Source: Bacteroidota bacterium (GTDB lineage: Bacteria; Bacteroidota; Bacteroidia; Bacteroidales; VadinHA17). Taken from it: a DNA stretch of 64,000 nt. Each line of letters begins with the position of its first letter. Position 1 is the first letter of the stretch. A program made the position numbers and the translations under genes. Below the pieces are notes generated by a model that was not told the DNA's origin, made no database searches, and worked only from the letters and a program-made list of their open reading frames with translations. Location of the stretch: positions 89,271-153,270 of the forward strand of contig JAKPOU010000042.1 of NCBI GenBank assembly GCA_029547705.1, read 5' to 3'. This document shows positions 57,090-64,000 of the stretch, in pieces.

Positions 57090-59396
57090 TCAGATTTTCC
57101 GGAGCCGGGCAAATCTCAGCAGCAGTTTTTTTCTGCCGCTGTTTTCAAATTCAACTGATGCCGTATTGTCAGGTGCTTCTCCTTCAAGAGAAACAATGAT
57201 ACCCTGTCCGAATCTTTCATGAAGCACCCTGTCACCCTCATTGAACTGCTGAGTCCCTGCCGGTCCGGATGACGGCTGATGCAGGGCAGTTGTCCTGTCA
57301 GCTGTGCGGATCCTTCTCAGGCGGGCGGAGGGAATACTGCCGGCCGAAGGAATACTGCCGGCCGGTTTTTCACTTAAGAAGGAAACCTTGTCAGTTGCCG
57401 GCCTTCCGCTGCGGAATGGTTTTCCCCCGGTCTGTGGATAATGGATATATTTTTTGTCGATTTCCTGCAGGAACCTGCTGGGATTGCTTCTTTCAAGATT
57501 TCCCCACCTGTACCTGTTGAGTGCATAGCTCAGGATGACTTGTTTCTTTGCCCTTGTAACAGCCACATAGAAGAGCCGCCTTTCTTCCTCCAGTTCCTTT
57601 AGACTTCCTGAAGACATCGGGGACGGGAAAAGGGTATCTTCCATTCCTACTATATATACATAATTGAACTCCAGTCCTTTGGCAGAATGCATCGTCATCA
57701 GGGTGAGCTTTTCACTATCTTCTTCCTTTTCATTATCCTGATCGGTGAGCAGGGCAACGTTGGCAAGGTATGCGTCAAGTCCCGCAGGTTCACCATTGGT
57801 TTCAGCGGCTTCGGTAAATGCCTTGATACCATTCAGAAGTTCTTCCAGGTTTTCGTAGCGGCTTATCTCATCCGGCATTTTTCCGTCCCTCAGCTCTTTC
57901 ATGATTCCCGAGCCAGATGCAATGTCCCTGGCCAGGGAATAGGCATCCGCTTTTTCCCTGCCGGCTACAAATGAGTTGATGAGGGAGGTATAGGATGAAA
58001 TCTTTCTGATAGTTCCTGCATTGAAATATGATGGTAATATTTCAGCATCATTGATGATGCTCCAGGCAGTAACATTCATATCTGTTGCCAGATCCAGGAT
58101 TTTTTGAATCGTAACGTCCCCAATGCCTCTTTTCGGATAATTCACCGATCTTCTGAAGGCTTCCTCATCATCCGGGTTGATGACCATCCTGAAATAGGCC
58201 AGAATGTCCTTTATCTCCTTACGTTCATAGAATGAAAGGCCCCCGTATATTTTGTAAGGTATATTCTTTCTTCTCAGTGTTTCTTCAAAAATACGGCTCT
58301 GGGCATTTGTCCTGTAAAGGATGGCAAAATCCTCCCATTTCAGCCGGTGAGTAAGCCTTTTGTCAAAGATATCCGATGCAATATTGAATCCCTCTTCCAT
58401 ATCTGTCACCGCCTGCATGATCATTATCCTGTCGCCCTCTTCATTTTCCGAGAAAACAGTTTTGTGAATCTGGCCCTCGTTATTGGCAATTATGTCGTTT
58501 GCAGCATTTACAATGATTCGGGTGGATCTGTAGTTCTGTTCCAGCTTGAAAAGGCGGGAAGAGGGGTAATCATCCCTGAATTTCAGAATGTTTTCAATCC
58601 GGGCTCCCCTGAAGGAGTAAATACTCTGTGCATCATCCCCTACAACACATATATTTTCGTGCCGGGCTGCCAGTTGTTTTATTATCAGATACTGGGCGAA
58701 ATTTGTATCCTGGTATTCATCAACCAGAATGTACCTGAACTTTTCCTGGTATGATGAAAGAACTTCCGGAAAATCCTTAAGCAGTATGTTTGTATTGAGA
58801 AGGAGGTCATCGAAGTCCATTGCATTTGCCCTGAAGCACCTGGCCGAATAGGTTTTATATATATCGGCCATAAACGGCATTCTGCACGATTTGTCATATT
58901 CATGCAGGGAATTGTCGGCGGCATACATTCCGGATGTTATGAGATTATTCTTGGCACCTGAGATCCGGGCTGCAATCACCCCGGGTTTGTAAATGTTGTC
59001 ATCCAGGCTGAGTTCCCTGATGATTGTCCGGATAAGGCTTTTAGAGTCAGATGTATCATAGATGGTGTAGTTCGGCTGGTATCCCAGCCTGTCGCCTTCC
59101 TTCCTGAGTATCCTTGCGAAGATTGAATGAAAGGTTCCCATCCACAGATACCTTGCAGTTTCGTAACCGGCGATCCGGGCAATCCTGTCCTTCATCTCAC
59201 CGGCAGCCTTGTTGGTAAAGGTAAGGGCCAGTATCTGGCTGGCGTGCACACCCTTCTGCAGAAGGTGTGCTATCCTGTAAGTAAGGACACGGGTTTTTCC
59301 GGCGCCTGCTCCGGCAATGACCAGTGCCGGCCCCTCGGTGTTGATGACCGCTTCCCGCTGGGATTCATTAAGTTCGACAAGATAATCACGGGTCAT
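57090..59396 (-). CDS. ATP-dependent DNA helicase, UvrD/PcrA/Rep family
   Basis: 768 aa with SF1 motifs: Walker A AGAGAGKT, DEYQDT, and VGDDAQSIYSFRGA. The C-terminal extension contains a tandem SIPSAG duplication. Confidence 0.93.
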   Translation of the reverse strand: MTRDYLVELNESQREAVINTEGPALVIAGAGAGKTRVLTYRIAHLLQKGVHASQILALTFTNKAAGEMKDRIARIAGYETARYLWMGTFHSIFARILRKEGDRLGYQPNYTIYDTSDSKSLIRTIIRELSLDDNIYKPGVIAARISGAKNNLITSGMYAADNSLHEYDKSCRMPFMADIYKTYSARCFRANAMDFDDLLLNTNILLKDFPEVLSSYQEKFRYILVDEYQDTNFAQYLIIKQLAARHENICVVGDDAQSIYSFRGARIENILKFRDDYPSSRLFKLEQNYRSTRIIVNAANDIIANNEGQIHKTVFSENEEGDRIMIMQAVTDMEEGFNIASDIFDKRLTHRLKWEDFAILYRTNAQSRIFEETLRRKNIPYKIYGGLSFYERKEIKDILAYFRMVINPDDEEAFRRSVNYPKRGIGDVTIQKILDLATDMNVTAWSIINDAEILPSYFNAGTIRKISSYTSLINSFVAGREKADAYSLARDIASGSGIMKELRDGKMPDEISRYENLEELLNGIKAFTEAAETNGEPAGLDAYLANVALLTDQDNEKEEDSEKLTLMTMHSAKGLEFNYVYIVGMEDTLFPSPMSSGSLKELEEERRLFYVAVTRAKKQVILSYALNRYRWGNLERSNPSRFLQEIDKKYIHYPQTGGKPFRSGRPATDKVSFLSEKPAGSIPSAGSIPSARLRRIRTADRTTALHQPSSGPAGTQQFNEGDRVLHERFGQGIIVSLEGEAPDNTASVEFENSGRKKLLLRFARLRKI
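57331..57366. repeat. 18-nt tandem duplication inside the helicase gene
   Basis: ggaatactgccggccgaa followed by ggaatactgccggccggt (16 of 18 identical). It is in frame. Confidence 0.85.
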
Positions 59397-59590
59397 GAGT
59401 TAGCTGGTATTACAGATTGCCGGGATGGCAAATTTAATGAAATCAATTTCAGCGGAAGAGAAAGCGGTCTGTTTATATCATATATTTTTCAACAAAAGAA
59501 TAATGCTTCCCTTATGTGAATTCTTTGTCAGTCATGCGGCCGGACCCAGTCCCCCGCGGATACCGCCTTATTCAGGGAAGTCACTGTATC

Positions 59591-59636
59591 CGGGGAATCG
59601 CATCATGACGGGGAATAGCATCATACCGGGAAACTG
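59591..59636. repeat. Intergenic 18-nt tandem repeat, about 2.5 copies
   Basis: CGGGGAATCGCATCATGA, then CGGGGAATAGCATCATAC, then the partial copy CGGGAAACTG.... Confidence 0.8.
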
Positions 59637-59725
59637 TGGATTTAAAACATATTTTTATTAATATTGCAGAGTGTTATACAAATAGGGTCAATGTAACCGT
59701 TTATTAGAAAAATCCTTTACTGCCT

Positions 59726-60955
59726 GTGCGTTTCGGTATTTCAATATTCCTGCTGTTTGTACATTATTGCCTGTTGGCCCAGCTGGTTTCGCCGGATGCA
59801 GTTTCCACGAGATATACTTCCTATCCTTCTGCACCCGGAACCAGGGATCAGATTTTCATCTACTGCAATTCTTCAGGTTCGCAGAAAGGAAGTCTCAGTG
59901 CCCGGATTCCGGAAAATAAAGCCCCCTCTGATTTTGCCTGGTACCGCTGGAACACTTCAGCCAGCAGTTTCAGCATAGCTGTAAAAACCGAAACGGCTGT
60001 ACGGAGTTCATCGCTTGCCAATCTTGATCCGGGAGGCTACAGGGTGATCATATCAGGCGGCCATGACACAATCATGACGGCATGGATAGTATTTGACGAA
60101 ACTCCGTTTGTTTCGGCAAAGCTCATGAATCCTATGAAGCATTGCAATTATGTTGCCCTCGACGGTACTGCCGGTGCCGCTGTGAGCTCCTTCGGATATT
60201 TCGACCCCCTTGACGGCCGTGCCCTGAGCCTGAAAAATGAAGTGAGCTTTCTCTGGTCGTCGGAGCCGGAATCATCAATCCCCTATCCCTCTCTCGAACT
60301 TGATCCGAAAATATTCACACCGCCGCTGGTTGATGTTGTTTACACTCTGCGGGTAAACACGCTGGGGTGCAGCAGTTCCGACACGATTGACTATAAGTCG
60401 ATTCATGTAAAGGCGGATTTCACCCTCGATCCGCTGAAGGGAGAAGCACCACTGGAAGTGGCAATAACGGATAAGTCCGTCAGGGCACATGTTTACGAAT
60501 GGGACTTTGGCGATGATACCATTTCAACGCTTAACGACCCGCTGATACACACCTACTATAAGCCCGGGGAATATACCATCCGTCTCAGGGTTGAAAGCGA
60601 ACGCCACTGCATTGATTCGGTACGTTCGGCAAAAATCATCGTGGAACCGTCAGCTCTTGCCATTCCAAATGTTTTCAGTCCCGACGGGGACGGATACAAT
60701 GACAGGTTCATGGTTGATTCCAGGTCGCTGAGATATCTGACCATGGATGTTTTCAGCCGCTCCGGAAGGAAGGTATACAGCTTCTCCGGGGAGGGTGAAA
60801 GGCTGAAGGAATGGACCGGCTGGGACGGCAATATAAATAATTCATCGGTCAAAGCTGCCCCGGGATTGTATTTCTATATAATACGGGCGTACGGATGGGA
60901 TGATATAAGATATGACAGCAAGGAATACCGGGGATTTGTATATCTGTACAGATAA
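59726..60955 (+). CDS. Secreted PKD-domain protein with a T9SS type-B (gliding-motility-associated) C-terminal sorting domain
   Basis: GTG start, a signal peptide, the PKD motif EWDFGDDT, and a C-terminal domain beginning IPNVFSPDGDGYNDRF. Confidence 0.82.
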   Translation: MRFGISIFLLFVHYCLLAQLVSPDAVSTRYTSYPSAPGTRDQIFIYCNSSGSQKGSLSARIPENKAPSDFAWYRWNTSASSFSIAVKTETAVRSSSLANLDPGGYRVIISGGHDTIMTAWIVFDETPFVSAKLMNPMKHCNYVALDGTAGAAVSSFGYFDPLDGRALSLKNEVSFLWSSEPESSIPYPSLELDPKIFTPPLVDVVYTLRVNTLGCSSSDTIDYKSIHVKADFTLDPLKGEAPLEVAITDKSVRAHVYEWDFGDDTISTLNDPLIHTYYKPGEYTIRLRVESERHCIDSVRSAKIIVEPSALAIPNVFSPDGDGYNDRFMVDSRSLRYLTMDVFSRSGRKVYSFSGEGERLKEWTGWDGNINNSSVKAAPGLYFYIIRAYGWDDIRYDSKEYRGFVYLYR

Positions 60956-61075
60956 ACAGCCGGGCATTCGCCCTCATAATTCCTCAATTCACAGGTAAAT
61001 TTCCAATATTTACGCATGAAAACTTTGTAAACTAAAAAAGTTTTTTCATTTTTGCCGCGTTTTTACGGACAGGCA

Positions 61076-61720
61076 ATGAAACACAGGCAGAGGATAACGG
61101 AAGAAGCAGCCCTCATGTTCAGCATGTATGGCATAAGGGCCGTAACGATGGACATGCTTGCCAGCCGTCTGAGGATATCAAAAAGAACCATTTACGAGAT
61201 TTTTCACGACAAGGATGAGCTTCTTGCGGCTGTTCTCCGGCGGATGGGAGAAAAGCAGAAGGAACTTGTTTCAAGGATTTTTTCCGGTTCGGAGAATGTC
61301 ATCGAAGCCATATTCAGTTTTTTCGAGCTGATGGATGAACATTACAGCCGTATGAGTCCCGCTTTCAGACTTGACATGAAGAATTATCATCATGACATAA
61401 TCCGCAGGCTCAGGGAAACGGATGAGCTTCCCCTGTACAGCGACAATGCCGCGATGATAGAGAGGGGGATTGAAGAGGGTGTCTTTCGCAGTGACATTGA
61501 CGTTACAATCACCAACAAGTGCTTTTTTGAAATGTTGCGGATACTGCTCGACAAGGACGGCGAAGGGGATAGTGATCCGGACAGGAAGCATATTTTCAGG
61601 GATTTCTACATTAATTACCTGAGAGGAATTTCCACGCCTGAAGGTCTTGATCTGATTGATTTTTACAATAGGAAGCAGGGAATAGAAAATCAGAACAACA
61701 GCATAAAGAAAAATAATTAA
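61076..61720 (+). CDS. TetR/AcrR family transcriptional regulator
   Basis: N-terminal TetR HTH (ITEEAALMFSMYGIRAVTMDMLASRLRISKRTIYEIF). The start is placed at the ATG at 61076. Confidence 0.88.
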   Translation: MKHRQRITEEAALMFSMYGIRAVTMDMLASRLRISKRTIYEIFHDKDELLAAVLRRMGEKQKELVSRIFSGSENVIEAIFSFFELMDEHYSRMSPAFRLDMKNYHHDIIRRLRETDELPLYSDNAAMIERGIEEGVFRSDIDVTITNKCFFEMLRILLDKDGEGDSDPDRKHIFRDFYINYLRGISTPEGLDLIDFYNRKQGIENQNNSIKKNN

Positions 61721-61721
61721 T

Positions 61722-63056
61722 ATGAAACGGATTCTATTTACGCTTACGGCATTTCTGCTAATCGGGGGGTCACTCTTCAGTGCCCTGGAAAATACTGACG
61801 AGCTGAAGCTTTCGGTCAGGGAGGCACAGGATTATGCCCTGATGAACAACAAGATGGTTCTTGCTGCCAGATCGGATGTTCAGGCTTCAAGAGCGGCCGT
61901 ATGGGAAACGATATCGGCAGCTCTTCCTCAGGTGAGTGCAAATGCGGCAATAATGGACAATCTGAAACTTATGACAACCCTTCTGCCGGGTGATTTTTTC
62001 GGACGGCCCGGTGAAAAGATCCCTGTCACTTTCGGATCGCAGTTCAATTCCAGCGGAGCCATAGAAGCCAGTCTCCTGCTTTTCAATGCACCTTTATACA
62101 TTGGCATAGAAACCAGCAGGCTGGCCAACAGGCTGAGCCAGGAGAACCTCCTGAAATCAGAGCTGGACACAAAAGAATCGGTAAGCTCTGCTTATTTCCT
62201 GATTCTCATTTCGGAAAAATCCCTTGAACTGCTCAACAGCAATATTGATAACCTGAGAGAAACGCTTAAATCGACCCGGGCCATGTATGAGGTGGGAATG
62301 GCGGAGGCAACGGATGTTGACCAGATGATTTCAAACGTAACAATGGTTGAAAACAACCGCAGCACACTGGAACGCACCATCGAACTGAATTATAACCTTC
62401 TCAGGTTTCAGCTGGGCGTTTCCCCGTCAACCTCCATAGTACTGACCGAAACACTGGAAAGCCTTACAGCAGAGATGGATGTTGAAGCTCTTCTGTCACA
62501 GGAATTTGATCACACCAGGAATGTAGATTACAGGCTTGTGGAGGGCCAGGAAATGATATCCTCCCTTGCGCTCAAATCGCAGAAAGCTTCGGTACTTCCC
62601 ACACTTGCCGGCTTCTATAATTACGGCACAAACGGTATGGGTGACAAGCTAAACGATCTGTCATGGTTTCCGAATTCCATGGTAGGGCTGCAGGTATCAC
62701 TCCCAATTTTTGCCAGTGGCCAGAGGTATGCGCGCATCAGCAAGGCAAGAATCAGTCTTGAGAAGGCAAAAACCACAAAGGATATGGTGGCTGAACAGCT
62801 TCTGATACAGGAAAAACAGCTGAGGTACAATCTTGTAAATGCCAATCTTCAGTACAAAAACCAGCTCGACAATGTTGAGGTGTCGAAAAGGATTTATACA
62901 AGCGTGGAGAATAAATACAAACAGGGAACTGCATCCAGTCTGGAGCTCACACAGGCCAACAGCCAGTATCTTCAGGCTGAAAACAATTATGTGACAGCGC
63001 TTATGAACCTTCTTCAGACCAGGGTTGCCCTGGAAAAACTTCTTAACAATCTTTAA
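61722..63056 (+). CDS. TolC-family outer-membrane efflux protein
   Basis: 444 aa with a signal peptide and two OEP repeats with coiled-coil heptads. Confidence 0.88.
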   Translation: MKRILFTLTAFLLIGGSLFSALENTDELKLSVREAQDYALMNNKMVLAARSDVQASRAAVWETISAALPQVSANAAIMDNLKLMTTLLPGDFFGRPGEKIPVTFGSQFNSSGAIEASLLLFNAPLYIGIETSRLANRLSQENLLKSELDTKESVSSAYFLILISEKSLELLNSNIDNLRETLKSTRAMYEVGMAEATDVDQMISNVTMVENNRSTLERTIELNYNLLRFQLGVSPSTSIVLTETLESLTAEMDVEALLSQEFDHTRNVDYRLVEGQEMISSLALKSQKASVLPTLAGFYNYGTNGMGDKLNDLSWFPNSMVGLQVSLPIFASGQRYARISKARISLEKAKTTKDMVAEQLLIQEKQLRYNLVNANLQYKNQLDNVEVSKRIYTSVENKYKQGTASSLELTQANSQYLQAENNYVTALMNLLQTRVALEKLLNNL

Positions 63057-63083
63057 TTACCTGGAAATACAAAAACAAATACG

Positions 63084-64000
63084 ATGAAATACTTAAAGAC
63101 AATTCCGCTTGTTATGACGGCAGTTCTGATTTTTTCAGGCTGTTCTGCAAAGAAATCAGATAAGGCCCCGGGCAATGTATCCGGCGAGAGGGCAGTCATT
63201 CCGGTGAGGGTACTGGCTCTTGAAAGGACGAAAATAGCAAGAACAATTGATTATACGGCAACTATTATGCCTTACGAGGAAGTCAACATGGCACCCTCCA
63301 CACCCGGGAGGATTGACAGGATATATGTTGAAACGGGTGACAGGGTGACAAAGGGGCAGGAACTCTTTCTTATGGACCGCACGCAGCTGTATCAGCAGAG
63401 GGTTCAGCTGAGCAGTGTTCAGAAGGACCTTTCGAGGCTTGATACGCTTTTGCGGACCGGCAGCGCCACACAGCAGCAGTATGATCAGATGAAGACACAA
63501 TATGACGTGCTGAAGACAAATGTTGATTTTATGGAGGAAAACACCCTGCTCAGGGCTCCCTTCAATGGTGTCATAACAGGTAAGTATTTTGAGAACGGGG
63601 AAATGTATTCAGGAACTCCGACCACACAGTCGGGCAGGTCGGCAATTGTCACCATCATGCAGGTTAACCCCCTGAAGGTGAATGTGTCCGTTTCGGAACA
63701 GTACTATCCTCTGATTATTAATGGGATGAAAGCCTCAGTCACTGCCGATGTATATCCCGGTGAGGTATTTACCGGAAGGGTGTTCAGGAAGGCTCCCACT
63801 GTTAATCCGGTAACAAGATCATTCATTGCCGAAATAGAGCTTCCCAACAGAAATGACATGCTTAAACCCGGTATGTTTGTGAGGGTGTCGATGGATATGG
63901 GGGAAGTTGCAACTTTTGTTGTTCCTGCCGCTGCCGTATTGCTGCAGGAAGGAACCAACATACGCTACGTCTTCATCGAGGAGAATGGCATTGCCAGAAG
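63084..64000 (+). CDS. Efflux RND transporter periplasmic adaptor subunit (MFP/HlyD family), 3' end outside the window
   Basis: My own translation from the ATG at 63084 gives MKYLKTIPLVMTAVLIFSGCSAKK..., a lipobox. It continues ...APSTPGRIDRIYVETGDRVTKGQELFLMD...LRAPFNGVITG...MLKPGMFVRV.... The frame is open to the window end and is not in the ORF track because there is no stop. Confidence 0.85.
   Translation, partial: MKYLKTIPLVMTAVLIFSGCSAKKSDKAPGNVSGERAVIPVRVLALERTKIARTIDYTATIMPYEEVNMAPSTPGRIDRIYVETGDRVTKGQELFLMDRTQLYQQRVQLSSVQKDLSRLDTLLRTGSATQQQYDQMKTQYDVLKTNVDFMEENTLLRAPFNGVITGKYFENGEMYSGTPTTQSGRSAIVTIMQVNPLKVNVSVSEQYYPLIINGMKASVTADVYPGEVFTGRVFRKAPTVNPVTRSFIAEIELPNRNDMLKPGMFVRVSMDMGEVATFVVPAAAVLLQEGTNIRYVFIEENGIAR

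Noticed and set aside
1-64000. CRISPR arrays, rRNA genes, toxin-antitoxin pairs and known defence systems.
   Set aside because: I saw no regularly spaced direct repeats and no cas-like, restriction, abortive-infection or small paired ORFs. The UvrD-family helicase has a full housekeeping SF1 motif set and no defence-type partners.

Overview
This is a 64-kb chromosomal window from a Bacteroidota-type genome. The assignment rests on several observations: TAnnTTTG -7 promoter boxes, a T9SS type-B C-terminal sorting domain, and a fused CcsBA. It is also supported by the gene pairs DUF4492-cydAB, DUF4290-murA and parAB-DUF5683, and by a TPP-riboswitch/TonB-receptor/PnuT thiamine locus.

About 55 tightly packed protein genes and one tRNA-His are supported. 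Almost all are core housekeeping:
- Proteostasis: lon, ftsH, rsfS, hsp20, grpE-dnaJ.
- Phospholipid synthesis: cdsA-psd, pssA, a lipid kinase, mprF.
- Respiration: ccsBA, cydAB.
- Chromosome partitioning: parAB.
- Cell wall: murA, a LysM lytic transglycosylase.
- Cofactor and nucleotide genes: coaD, birA, pyrE, thiamine salvage.
- A TetR/TolC/MFP efflux operon that runs off the right edge.

I see no CRISPR array, rRNA, transposase, integrase or recognisable defence island. I cannot point to a convincing new multi-gene system.

The items most worth a second look are:
1. A visibly AT-rich mprF-DUF998 block. Together with a GC-typical, oppositely oriented TAT-signal isomerase gene, it separates the riboswitch-controlled thiamine importer genes from the thiamine pyrophosphokinase gene.
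2. An ABC-2 exporter operon ending in a sigma-54-type response regulator that has no DNA-binding domain and a GSFTSA loop in place of GAFTGA.
3. A shared sequence block upstream of the heat-shock genes hsp20 and grpE-dnaJ, both of which lack the canonical -7 box.
4. Two related purine-rich, CCGG-laden non-coding blocks flanking a 400-aa GNAT-like gene.
5. A polytopic membrane LuxR-type regulator divergent from a DUF975-like membrane protein.

All product calls rest on motifs I recognise by eye in the supplied translations. No database search was run.
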